A DNA stretch of 64,000 bases from Tubulanus polymorphus (GCF_964204645.1 NC_134026.1:29856150-29920149), one strand, 5' to 3'. Positions 1 to 58,463 are shown, numbered from the stretch's first letter. The notes: generated by a model not told the origin, from the letters alone. Numbers and translations are program-made.

Positions 1-316
1 TCTTTACCATATCCGAGATATATTAAAGTATAAGAAATCGTTGCAGGCTTCAATGTCGATGGAAACTCAGAATACGATCATAGCGATGAGAAATAAACCA
101 AAACGAAAATTACCGGAGGAAACTGCGAGTGTTTCTCCTCCGAGTGTCAAATATTCACGTATTGAGAACATCGATAGCTCAGAATTGACTAATGATGATA
201 TTCCTGATTCTGATTTACACCGTTACATCAGAAATGCGAAAGAAGTTGAATTCAGAACGAAAATATTGAATAAAATTAAATCTGAATCGGAAACTGAACA
301 ATCAACTGAAACATAG
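1..316 (+). CDS. BRF2: 3' end (last coding exon, 5'-partial) of transcription factor IIIB 50 kDa subunit
   Basis: The frame is open from nt 2: LYHIRDILKYKKSLQAS...ASVSPPSVKYSR...ELTNDDIPDSDLHRYIRNAKEVEFRTKIL...*. These match, in order, three recalled human BRF2 C-terminal motifs: VKHIGDLLQHRQSL, LLPPC (molecular pin) and ISDSEIEQYLRTPQEV (TBP anchor). The protein ends shortly after the last motif, which favours BRF2 over BRF1. Confidence 0.8.
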   Translation, partial: LYHIRDILKYKKSLQASMSMETQNTIIAMRNKPKRKLPEETASVSPPSVKYSRIENIDSSELTNDDIPDSDLHRYIRNAKEVEFRTKILNKIKSESETEQSTET

Positions 317-380
317 TTTTATTCACTGCTTTAACATAAGAAGACAATTTGTATCAGTTAGTACATTGGTTTAAGAACTT

Positions 381-2390
381 TTAAAAACTTTCATCAAAGA
401 ATTCCTCCATCAGTTCAAAATTACCGAAATCCTGCGCAGGATCCTGAAACAGTGATCATTTTTATGAGTACAAAATCTGTACAAACTTATTTTGCAATGT
501 ATCATTAGTCTGTCTCTTAGCCCTGTAGTTATTAAAGAGCAGAAAAGTTCAAGCTACAGTATTTCAATCATTATTTTACCTGTGTTGAATTTTTGCTATT
601 TGATGCATTTATAGAAACTGTATTTTGCCTTTGATTGGATGTATTCAAACCTGAAACCTATCGAAATTGATTTTGTACATTATTTCATGACATAATAAAA
701 TGTCGATATTATTTTCTATGTATTAGTTGATTAATACCTGATATGAAGTAAATGCTGGTTGAGGTTTTACTGATTGAGTGGAAGCCGCCTGAGTTTGCCA
801 CGATTTTCTCTGCATTCTTTGTAATTCTTGCCACAGTTGATTACACTGCGTTTGCTTACTGGGAATGTTGTATGATTCAATCTCTGCTCGAAGCCTAGTA
901 TCCGACACATCACAAACAATTCCTTCATCATTTTGTCCATTTATTTCACTCGGATCATGACCTACAGGGTTCTTACAGAGCAGGGAATTCTGCTGGGAAA
1001 TTCAGTCATTTCAAGGAATTCCAGTCTGATGTAATGAAAATCAGGGAATTTTTGGTGTCCTGTTTAAATCCTGCTTGAGTGACACAAGGAACCTCTTGAA
1101 AAGAACTGAGGAAATTATTCAATCAGGCCTAGGAATTTTTGCTCTAGGGTCGGAAAATCAGAGGATTTCAGATTTCCAGATCTATAAGAACCCTGGACCT
1201 AAATTAATATCCTACCTGACAAATTCAGAATCTGTTTGTGGTAATTGATCCAGTTTTTCTTTTTCTTTCTGGAAGTCAATTGTTGAGCTCATAATATCAT
1301 GTAACTGTTGTCTTGATTCTAAAAAAAAATCACCTCATATCTTCAATCAACGCCTTCGACCCCATTTTACGTTGATACTACAACCAGATTGAAAGGATGA
1401 ATTAAGAAATTTCAGTTTATCGACAAAACGAACCTTTCACTCGATTTTGTAGAGTTTTTAAATTATTCTGTGCTTGATTTCTCTGCTGTTGAAGATGAAT
1501 GATCGTTTCTTTTCGAGATTGAATTACAGCTAATTCACCTTCAAGAAAATTAAAGATAACCTAGAATGAAATTAAAGCCTCCAGAAAAACCAAATAATTT
1601 ATTACCTTTTTTCATATTTTTAATCTGTTGTTTGAGATTTTCTATTTGTTCACGTTTTTTATTCTGTCTCTCGGATTTACTATCTTGTGTCAAGCTGAAT
1701 TCATCGGTAAAATTCGAACATTTCCGACATAGTTTTTCCTGTTGGGATGTTATATCGACTTTAATTTTAGCCTATAAAATGTAACAGCACATTTTTCAAA
1801 ATTGTTCATGAGCAATTCCTAATAAGAAAAGAGATATTTGAATTTCATTTACAAAGTTATTTAGTTTATTTCTTATGAATAAATCTTGTTTGAAAATAAT
1901 TTAAAAAATACATTGTTTTACCACTTCAGATTTGTAAGCATGAATTTCTTTTTTCACTAATTCACATTTATCAGTCAGAATTTCTTCTTTTCCACTGATG
2001 CATTTCAAAGCCAGTTCCTCGTTGCTCAATTCTTGCATCTAAAATTAAAAATGTAAAGATTTCTACTACTGAAAAATGTTAAGAAAAGTAGAAATTTAGA
2101 ATTAGAAAGTAGTTCATAATCTATTGGACCTTTTTAAGATGCTTTGCAGTTAAATCTTCCCGTTCAGTTTTCATTTTTTCAACTCTTTCTTGTAATTTAT
2201 TAATTTCGCCTTTGACTAAATAATGAAAAACAAAGGCTTGTTCCAGTGACCTGTATAAATTGGGATACTACTGATCAAGTCAAGGCTGATTTTTACCCTC
2301 ATTTAGACGGCTTTTTCTCATTTGAGCTTTTTGTTCTGAATCAAGGATCTGTTCAAATAATTCATCGATAGTTGATTTTGAAGTGGCCAT
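381..2390 (-). CDS. CCDC172: Coiled-coil domain-containing protein 172-like, 9 coding exons, about 322 aa
   Basis: GT-AG exons on the minus strand: 2390-2297, 2215-2130, 2038-1922, 1771-1606, 1538-1434, 1318-1216, 894-738, 657-580, 443-381. They total 969 nt with consistent phases. The protein MATSKSTIDELFEQILDSEQKAQMRKSRLNEVKGEINKLQERVEK...KLDQLPQTDSEFVRLRAEIESY... resembles recalled human CCDC172 ([37 protein letters not shown]...[21 protein letters not shown]). The last two exons are less certain; read-through to a stop at 723 is an alternative. Confidence 0.75.
965..1195. mobile_element. Non-autonomous DNA transposon (MITE) in CCDC172 intron 6, with CAGGG termini and a 6-bp TSD
   Basis: TIRs CAGGGTTCTTACAGA (965-979) and TCTATAAGAACCCTG (1181-1195) match at 14/15. 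The flanking direct repeat GACCTA lies at 959-964 and 1196-1201. Internal (C)AGGGAATT motifs are repeated. Confidence 0.8.
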
Positions 2391-2767
2391 AATAAGTGAC
2401 AGGATGAAAAGCGATTTATTACTAATAATGGAAAAATTAGCAGACGCTCTCCTCTAACCTGGGAGTAATCTGAACACTACGCAACTTATTAGATTCGAAT
2501 CCCACATTTCCTTCAAATTCTCAACAAGAACTCAGCATAATAAAATAGTAGATTTTTTATTTTTCGCCAAAATCCTGTACGTGAAGCATACTGATATTGC
2601 AGTTAGAACATAAAAAAAAAAGATTTCAGAAAAGTTTACCCCGACCCTGACACACACGACCGGATTCGAACCTAAAACTTCAGTCAGCGCATGCGTATAA
2701 CGACGTCGCCATTTTGTATTTGCGTTCTAGGCAATTTTGTGAGGAAGAAAAGCTCGAATTATTGAGA
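2391..2767. promoter_or_regulatory. Bidirectional promoter shared by CCDC172 and SRSF10
   Basis: The two ATGs are head-to-head and separated by only 377 bp. The region contains an NRF1-type GCGCATGCG (2687-2695), a YY1-type CGCCATTTT (2707-2715) and a B-box-like GGATTCGAACC (2662-2672). Confidence 0.65.
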
Positions 2768-7370
<4,603 letters not shown>

Positions 7371-7813
7371 ACGATTTCATGCTTACAATTAAACAAAGAG
7401 AAACAACTGCATTTTCAAGTGAAAGCTTAATGTTTATTTCACATGATTCGCTGAACAAAGTGTATTAATATTGAGTTCTTATAACATATCCGATCAATTG
7501 ATTATAATCATGTTTTGCTTTTATTGTAACTCGTCGCATAAGGAGCCATGCATTCAGGGGAGAGAGGTCTAAAATGTGTCTCTTCTCCCTTTGTAGATAA
7601 TGCTTTACAGATCGGCAACATTTTGCGCAATACATATTGATAAAACTAGGGTCCTACTCTATTGTATCATCCTCTGTGTAATGATAAGATTAGTTGAGAA
7701 AGTGTGAATTATTTTACAATGGATTATATTAGTACAAACCTTTTTAAAAAGCTCTTTGACTTCAGTATTAACTACTGATGGGATTCAACACCCAATAGCG
7801 CACATGCATATTA

Positions 7814-7951
7814 TGGGATGTTCATTTATTACGTACGCATAAAGTTTCAATATTTCAAACCTGTATGCAGAATCAGCAATTTATTCCTTTATTTTAGACA
7901 TTATAGTACGTGAACTCCCCTCTAATGCATACGTAATAAATGAATGACCTC
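7814..7951. mobile_element. Small MITE downstream of the SRSF10 stop codon (probable 3' UTR)
   Basis: Inverted repeats TTCATTTATTACGTACGCAT (7821-7840) and ATGCATACGTAATAAATGAA (7925-7944) match at 19/20. Confidence 0.65.
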
Positions 7952-8943
7952 TGTTCAGATATATTTGTACTGGTAGATGTTTTTTTCTGAATGCAGTAAA
8001 ATGATTAATATTATGGTCCGCTGACTTTATGCCTGTTTTTACCCCGATTGTAAATATTCTGATATTAAACCGTCTTACATGAATAAACTGAATACATTTT
8101 GTGTAATATAAAAACAACTTCGAAGTTTTAGTTTGTTGTCTCTAATTTCCAATGATGATTAACGGTTGCAGCTAGCGAAGTTTTTCTTTCCATAACTGAC
8201 TCTGGTGCCTCCACTCCCGTCAATACACTTTATGACCCGCGAATATTAGGATTATATTTAAGCTATATTTAATAATAAAAACAATAATAGTCATTTGCAG
8301 TACTTCTCGTGGATAACAAGTAATTACATTTTCTAAGTGAAAGAACTAAGTCCGAATTGAAATCTTAACCGTCAAGTGCTGCCCCTATACATATCGTAGA
8401 CGGCGAATGTGTGAACTAAAGTGTTACTCGCACGCCACAGTAGGAATATTGTTCAGTCGAGTTCGTTCACATATTCTCCGCTAATGTTATACATAAAGGC
8501 AGCACTCTACGGTCAATATTTGACGGCGGGCAAGACTCCCCGAAATGATTATGATATCCTTCCATTTCTAGCCGTTACCTTTTTCAAATCACTCTGCTGC
8601 CCGAAACGATGTTCATTTCAACAATTTAGAATTCCCAAGATATGACTGAGCTAAAATGATGCCAAAAAGTAGCTTATTCCATTGAAGCTGGGATGGTTCC
8701 AATGGCATTTAATAGGTAGATAACAAATGTATACCCGCAACCCCCGCTCCCCAAAAAAAAAACAAAGATACACATTCGTGACGGTGACTAGACTGGACTG
8801 ACTGTCCTGTGACAGAAAAAAACCACCATTGACTTGCAGCTGCCCATAGTGATGGTACATGTTCCATGCCATGCTGCCACCCTGCGATGGTGGTGGCTAG
8901 TTAAACTACTCCCCACCAACTAGAACCAGTTAGTCAGTCTCAG

Positions 8944-8972
8944 CTTGGAGTAATCAGTCTGATTACTCCAAG
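8944..8972. repeat. 29-bp perfect palindrome flanked by a 7-bp direct repeat
   Basis: The sequence is CTTGGAGTAATCAG-T-CTGATTACTCCAAG, with GTCTCAG at 8937-8943 and again at 8973-8979. Confidence 0.85.
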
Positions 8973-11804
8973 GTCTCAGTGTGCCCATTCAGCTTGCTAT
9001 TGGGCTCGTTCAATGCTCGCTCGTTCGCCATGGCTCATTCCGAGAAGGACAATCTTTTACACCAAAAAGGGGAAAATAAAAGACAGAATAAAGATTTTGC
9101 CTGTATTTCATAAGGCTGCGTAAATGAATATGGAAATATTGGTAACAATTCCTTCCAAATTCCAAATTTAGTAATTAATTCGAATAGTGTGGTTATAGTT
9201 ATTCTGGAAATAGTGGGTTATTTTCTCAAATATTTGAACAGACGAGAGGGTTTTTATATGGTCTCGCAGCCATTATGTGAAATTTTATCTCTCAATATTC
9301 CTGAAACTAGGACTGAGAAAGATCCGATCCGAAGAGAATGGTCATTGAGCAGAGGACAGGTGCAGATACCAACAAGTGCGTCAGAGTCCCTACAATTAAA
9401 TATCATCATCTGCTAATTAATACTAGCGCAGGTCTCGTCTGACCAATTATTTAGACTGGTTTCCAGTAACAGTGTGGCGTGTTACGGAGAATCTTCCGTT
9501 TCTTCTGTTTCGTCGGTTAATTAGGTCCCATATGTTTAGTTTTAGTTTATTAACCACGTTGTTTATAAACCCTAGTCTCCTGGGTCGTCAGGATAGAAGG
9601 ACACGCCGCAGAGGTATAAGCCTAGCCCAAGGCCTACACGACAGATCTTACGAACCCCTATGGGACGTAGCTTTTAGCCGCTAGATAAGAAGTTTGCGTT
9701 GATATACTCCTAATTAACGATGTTACAAATCACGTTGGTAGTTTTAAATAAGACTCAATCCCCACTCGGTATTGAGAGAGATAGTCATTAACTCATCCCT
9801 CGCCTTCCCCTATTCCTTACATATCCACTTCACGACGACAGCTATTCACGAACTTCACAGTTCTGATCAAGCTGAACAAATAAATAAAAAATGTTCAAAA
9901 ATGAAGTCGAACCGTATCTAAAATACACATATATACGTATACTTTCATGTTCTATACGTTCATGGATCTTTTTTTTACGGTGAGCAATTGTCGTTTTTTG
10001 GCAAAAATATTCTTAGAAATTTCTAACATTCGTAAACAACTTTGCCTACAAATGCTGTGAATCAACGGGTTCAAATTTAAGATACGGGGACCAGATGTTA
10101 CGGCAGAACTGTCGAAAAGAAATCCGCCTTTTCGGGAAAAGCAGCTTTCGCGGCGTCAGCGTGCACGGTCACCGGGCACGTGTTACTCAGGAAACAGCAC
10201 GTGGACCGGCAAATGGTCCGGAAACAGCAATAATGCCTTCTCTGCGACTCTCAGTCTCACAGATATTAGCGTTAAACTCAACAATTTAGCTATTAGTGAC
10301 GATATCACCGCTAGTTATTATAGGGCCACCTGCTGTGAGCACATCTGATCATTCAATTCCTTAGAAACAAAATAGCCGCATTACTTTTGAGACAATTTTT
10401 ATAATCTCTTCTGATGCACCTGAGAACGCTGATCGTAGAACGCGTGTTGATTAGTCCAGTTTGCTGGTGAATCCAAAGACCCAGCCTATCATTTTATTGT
10501 AGCATTTGATAATTAATTTCAGTACCTAATTGGGGTTAAGACGCCTATTCGGCATCTGACTTTGAGTCATTTGGGATTCTTTCAATAGCAATATAGTTAC
10601 TATAATACAGATTAATGCATTTATCTGGTCTTCGTGATTTATATTTTCTTATAAGTTCCTTTTCACTATTTTTGATACGTGAAATGAAAGAAAAAAGAAC
10701 AAACTTCGCGAATCCTCAAAATGAATTTTCTTTCATGCATATTTAGTGAAGATATTGGTTCGGGACAGGTTAAACCGCGCACGCGCAGTTTCCACAACGT
10801 AAATCCCAAAAACCGTTCCGAAAAAAATTATCATTCTTTTTTTGAAGAATTATATTTCGCTGATTAGATGATTCCGATGATATTTGCACCAAACACAATC
10901 AACTGGATTGAACTCGTTTTTTGGTATTAGCTCCGGAAATAAAATCACATCAAGGTAAATTGAAGAGTCGTCGCTGAATCCGGAAATATGATCGGGTATT
11001 AATTATTAAATGTTTGTTTTATCTGCAGTCACTAACGAGGGGAATATTCATTGTGCGTAAACGTAAGGTGAAGGGATTGTTGACATAGTAATATTTGACG
11101 CCCGGGCAGACGACATGATGACACACTCCACCGCGGGCGCGCGCGTGTACCTGTATAACCAGTGTACTCACCCCTTTACATGTTGTCAACACGACTTTAT
11201 ATTCAACTGAAGGAAATTAAAAACACATTTTATTGAAATATTTGCGATCGTTTCTGTGCAACAATTCATGCACCGGTTAAAAGTCACGTACTCCGTGTAA
11301 GCTTCGCTTCTTCAGTGGACTTTCATGTATCCGTCATATTTGTAAAAATAAAACAAGATTCTGCGATGATTTGGTGTGTGTTATTTTTCTGTTTATCGAA
11401 TCTAAACATTTGACAGGTTGGTTTGAAAATGTGGATTGATTTCTGTTATGATTCTGACTAAATCATTACTCATACTGAACACTTACTCACGCCCTGGACG
11501 TTTTTTTCCACAAAGTTCTCTTTTTTCCAATTTCAGTTCAAAACGCGGAAGACAACCTTCCGCGCAAAACTGTTATCTACACATGGAATTTAATTCTCGG
11601 TCATTCGAAGTAAATTTATTAATAAGAAAAAAATCGCAAGCCAAAAAATCTAAAAGCCTTACCGTCACCCAAGTAGATCAGGGGTGTTTTTGGGCCCGGT
11701 GTAATTAGGATGGGTAACACGGTAACACGTAACGAGGCGCGCGTGTTTAGATTTTCTACTCGTGTCCAGTTAAATATAACCCGCGCCGCGCATATCCTAA
11801 TCCT

Positions 11805-11812
11805 TATATAAA
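11805..11812 (+). promoter_or_regulatory. Candidate TATA box of the COE gene
   Basis: TATATAAA is preceded by GC-rich CCGCGCCGCG and lies about 790 bp upstream of the COE ATG. The TSS cannot be demonstrated from sequence alone. Confidence 0.3.
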
Positions 11813-12597
11813 CAACGAATTAACAAAATGAAAAGTGATGTTGCGCCCAGTCGACACGATGTCGTCTGACGCTGCCGCCAAAAATGCGTTAAAATCAAAA
11901 CTGTTCAGACGTTAAAATCACGTCGACCCCTCAGCGCACGACATATGTTGCAAATTTCCCACATTCCCTCGAACTCCAAATTTCATTCCAATTGGGACAT
12001 TTACAACTTGAAGTCGACATTGTTGGCGCAAACTCTTGAGGCTTCTAGTGAAAAGGTTCCCTTCTATTTCGCCGTTAACATGAAGCTGGTAAGTCAATAG
12101 CGAGCGTTTCATCGCGTAATTGGATGTTAATACAATGTGAGCCATTCGTTTTATTCATGCTCACCGTAGCGTCGTTATTGGTCTCTCGGAGGTTGATCGA
12201 CGTTACTTTGAGAGTATCAATCCGACCAGGCTAGGCGTGGTTTAATCAACCATTGGCTGGGAATCGCTCCCGGAGTGTAGTCCTACTAAGTCCCCAGGGT
12301 CATTAGGTCCAGTGGGATGCGCGAGGCAGTGGTAACACTTGATTGTAACAAAAGCAGGACTCGTGGGATTTTGAAGCACACGCGGAACGCAGAGCAAGCA
12401 TATTCATGGTAATTATATCTCGGATGGCCTGCCCTTCATAACCCAGTGATATTACACCGACGTTCTCATTCGGGCATCCTAAGTGATTGTATCTGCTGGT
12501 ATAAATTGCCCCCGAGTGTGTCAATACAGTTTCCCGGTTTACTACTGCACCATTTGAGTCTTTTTCATCGTTGTCGGCTAAACACCACGTGTTTTTC

Positions 12598-54194
<41,597 letters not shown>

Positions 54195-54936
54195 TTCGAA
54201 CTATAAAATAACGAATGCGAATCACTCACACTTACAGGAAATGCCGAGCATCTCGGGGAATCTCGGGCACGAAATCAAATGTGTTCAGAATTCCAGGTCT
54301 CCGGTCGCGTAGCGCGTCAAAGCGCTCTACGATTCTAAATGAGGTCGTCTAGATGACACCTGGGTCCGGTTTTAACCGTTCAAAAAGTGCCAAGCCACAC
54401 GATTCTTGGGGACAGAGAGAAGAAATACCTAACGCAGAGCAGGGCTCTGATCGTTTCATGTGACATAAATGTAATATAAGATTTAAAAGACTATTGTATA
54501 TAGATTGTATTGTAAAAAGTTTTAATGGAAGTTAAGGTGAAGAGAGAGAGAGAGAGAGTGTTCAATTACTACGAAAACTTGATACCTCAAACAGTCATTT
54601 CTCATCAATGATCGATGTTTTTTTTTTCAAATATACACACGAACAGTTTATAATTTTTTCTCGAACATCTCTGATATAGTAATCACCGTTAATAATAAAC
54701 TCGCTAGTTGTAATATCTTCACTGATCAAATCTCAAAATAATTCGGCGTCTCTTTTTATACTCATTATTATTGTCTGTACATAGAAACAATTATACATTT
54801 TTGATCTCAAAAAATAAGATTTTTATTCACTCAAGAATAATCTAATAACATCACTGCCCGATATGTTTGTATATTGTAAAATTCGATGACAAATTGTGTA
54901 TTTGATTTTTCTATCGTTCAACCATGAAATCTATTG

Positions 54937-54942
54937 AATAAA
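54937..54942 (+). terminator. Candidate polyadenylation signal of COE
   Basis: AATAAA about 740 nt after the stop, followed by GT-rich GCTGTTTTGGTGT. Confidence 0.5.
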
Positions 54943-55851
54943 ATCTAATATTTTAATTTCGCTGTTTTGGTGTATTAGAACAGTTCGCTACTCTTCTCAT
55001 CCCTCTTACTATTTTCATCTACAAACTTTGTTCGTTTATAAATAAATCGTATTTTTGTGATACATGAAAACTATTAATTGTGTGAGAATTTCATAATTAT
55101 TGATATTACTGTGAACCTTCTAGTCAATTATTCTCATATTTTTAATGTTGAAGGTAATGATAAGTCTGCGGGCGTTAAATACCTTAAAACTCCTTTATCT
55201 CGTGTATGTAGTGCCCTGTAATTTATTTGGAAATTTATTGAAAATTGATGATTATTTGATGGATTGAATTGTGTGAATATTTTGTACGTAAAATTATGAT
55301 GTAATATAACTGCATGCAAGGCGGCAATTGATCGAGTTTCTTGTCTTTCATTCTGTGGATGTTTATTTTCTTCTAACAACGAGAAGCAGCAGGGAATTCG
55401 CCCCACTGACTCGGAGCTGCCCTAGTCTTCAGTTGACCAAATTTGCCCCGTGCAAGATAATCCCCGGGACAAACCGTTCACGCCGGTACCAAATGCGAAA
55501 TTTTAGTGAAATTAGTCCGCGTCACGGCATCATTTTGATATCATTTCAGTAACGAGTGGGACGATTTACGAGTGAACTCCAACTTATAAGTCACAATCCT
55601 AGTTTGATCCGGGTCTGATCCGAGCCAGTTTGACCCGAGCCAAATTTCGCCCGACCAAAAACGTTGCACCAGTCCTGCAGATTTAAGCAAAGAATTGCGG
55701 GTATCGCTTATATTAGTCACAGCAATGTTTAGCCCAACAGAGTCAGGTTACTCAAAAAACGATGGAGCCACACGTCTCTCCCCCACGACACGAATTTTTC
55801 AGATTTCGAGGAAAAATGAACAATAACTACAAAAAATTGATTTAAATCTCG

Positions 55852-55857
55852 TTTATT
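55852..55857 (-). terminator. Candidate polyadenylation signal of the DOCK gene (would imply a 3' UTR of about 3.2 kb)
   Basis: Minus-strand AATAAA preceded by TGTACATA and an AU-rich tract, and followed by a T/GT-rich tract. Confidence 0.4.
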
Positions 55858-58243
55858 TCATACTTTATGTACACAAATATAGTAATCATATTATATTATA
55901 TATGAGTAATATATAAATCTTTATAAATACAATTTAAAAGCGTTTATACAACTATAATATATATACATCAGATAATTCAGCATATTCTGAACACATTAAA
56001 AGCATCTGGTTTCATTTCAAAACGAATCGGACATGTTATTCTACAGACCGGAGTAGAAATGGATTTTAGATTCCGTGGAGAGATACTTCCCACTAATACG
56101 GCAAACAGAATCTCGAGAAACAGTTTTTGAAAGTTTTCAATTTTCTTCCCCCGGTAGAGGTCATAACTTCTAGGACATTATTACTACTTATACATTCTAC
56201 ATGTGTCTTGGAAGATGCAATTTGTCTAAAATTCTTATTTGATGTTCATCGAGCCCATCATATCACCATTTCGGCCCCCTTGGGGTCATTCTCATTTATA
56301 TCCTGTCCAACTTGCTTTCTACCTAATGCAGCTAATGGCAGATGACAGTAAGACAAGTCAGTTGGGATTAATTCATCAAAATTTTACTACAGCGGCCAAA
56401 TAAATGTAATATTTGCTGGTTCATTATTTAGGAGCTATACAGATAGGTCAATTATTATCAGGAATGTGATGATATTCCTGCAGGAATTCTAAGCACTTTG
56501 TTCAACGCGAGTTGATGACTGGTTCAGACAGACAACTAGACTCTGGTTTACTTTAATCAGACATGTTTCTCAACAAACACAAAAGCATTAACTATTACAA
56601 AGTATCTTCTAATCTATTCGTTCAACACAAATTCAGGCATCGAAAACAAAGAAAAATTTCAAATAACATTGATATTTATGAAAAAAATCTATGTTCGTAA
56701 ATCTTGAGCGATATTTTTGGACCGAGTTGAAACGCGTCGATAACGCAGCCGAAGTAAATAGCAAAAAAAAAGAAAAACTTTCACAGAGACATAGAATTTT
56801 AAACTAGGAGCCGAGCTACATAATTCGTCTGTGCATAATAAACACTGAATAATCGTGTGAGCGGAAGATGAAGAACTCAGTGGAAATTACATCACGAACA
56901 AACATTCGTGAACTGTTTACGTATTTCATAAAAGTCGGACTTTGACAAGTTTGACTGAAACAAACGACATCGGAGACCACACATGTCATTTATCCGTACA
57001 CAGCATAGATGAGATATTAATGTATCTAAGGACATTGTTATTCCGCAGCCATAACAGTGAAAATGAGAAAACGGCACAACTTTCCGTTTATATCGAAACG
57101 GAATTGCCCAAGCGGGACTGGCGGCAAAAATTAATCGGGGACTTTTCAAATAAGTTAATTAATGGAATGACAGTTATGTTAGTCGCACCCTGAAGAGTTA
57201 TCCGATGATTTTTCAGATGCACTCGAATTAACATCTACAAAAATATGATATCCTCAGAGTATTGACAAAACAAAAACTTTTTTTCGGATGCGATCGAAAT
57301 ATAATTCGCTACGAATGACGGTAAAAAACTCAACTCGTAGTTAGAAGCATGGTTGTTGATCGGTGAGATCGAAATGGGTCCAGTAGCACTGTCATAGTTT
57401 AGATCTGTATAAGTAAGACAAGTCTAAGTTCTAAAGGTCGGTCCAAATATCTAAGACCACTTTTGGACTTGAGGAATTAAGGAAGTTCTGATGTTTTCAG
57501 AATATTTGATGTTCTTGATTATGATTATCGTTATTCGGGATAATTTGTCAAAACCTGCGAGTCTAATAGTGTATTATATGGGCATGTGGCCTCTCAGCAG
57601 GTAACCCACCATTAAAAATCACCATCCTAATGGAGAATGACACCGGGGACCGGCAACCTATCTACACAGCTATGATCCATCGTACCATCGGGACACATTT
57701 ACTAGTGTTGTAAATAGAGAAATGCGGGGTTCTACCCATCGTGCCGACAATAAAACATAGCACGTTGATGACAGTATCGGTGATTAAGGTGGAATGATAA
57801 TCAGAATTTAATGAGCAAAACGATAGAGAAAGCTTCGAGCGTAATAACATCATGTTTCACATACAAATATCATCATTATATTGCATCACTTTCTAAAATC
57901 GAATACATTATAAACACAGATATTCCTGTTTGAATATCGAGTTTCCTCGTTTTTACGGATCTGATTTTTTTTTTTTGGGGGGGGGGGCTATACAACGGAG
58001 CGATCTTTCTCATGGACTGAACTTATCGTAAGTAATGTCGCGTATTAAACAAAAATATACTCTTGTGCGATGAATCAGGCACCTGCGCGAAATTAAAATA
58101 TACATATAATCAATCAAGATAATCTTTAAAATTATTGCAAAATATACAATATTGCATAAGTCTACAAAATGTACGTAGAAAATCAGTATATACCGTTTAC
58201 TTGAAATAATACATCAACTAATCATCTATGCATACGTTACTTA

Positions 58244-58463
58244 GGCTAAACAAAAATGATACCTTGTTTCTCCGCAGCGGCCGGGTCATTTTTGTAAAAT
58301 ATGATAAAATTTATAAACAGTTCATTTCTATAGCGGCCGGGTCTGTTATGGTTAAATTGATCACGATTTAAAAAAAAGTAATGTATAGGGTAGATAGGCG
58401 GCCGGCCGGGTCAACATTTAGGCTCAGCAGAGCGGAGAAACAAGGTATCAATTTTTTTTAGCC
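58244..58463. mobile_element. Tourist-like (PIF/Harbinger) MITE, 220 bp
   Basis: TIRs of about 32 bp: GGCTAAACAAAAATGATACCTTGTTTCTCCGC and GCGGAGAAACAAGGTATCAATTTTTTTTAGCC. A TTA target-site duplication lies at 58241-58243 and 58464-58466. There are three internal CGGCCGGGTC motifs. Confidence 0.88.

Noticed and set aside
2645-2700. tRNA gene suggested by GGTTCGAATCC on the minus strand
   Set aside because: No A box, D arm or acceptor stem can be built; only an isolated B-box-like motif is present.
10193-10210. REST/RE1-like motif CAGCACGTGGAC
   Set aside because: The half-site spacing and flanks do not fit the RE1 consensus; it is more simply an E-box (CACGTG).
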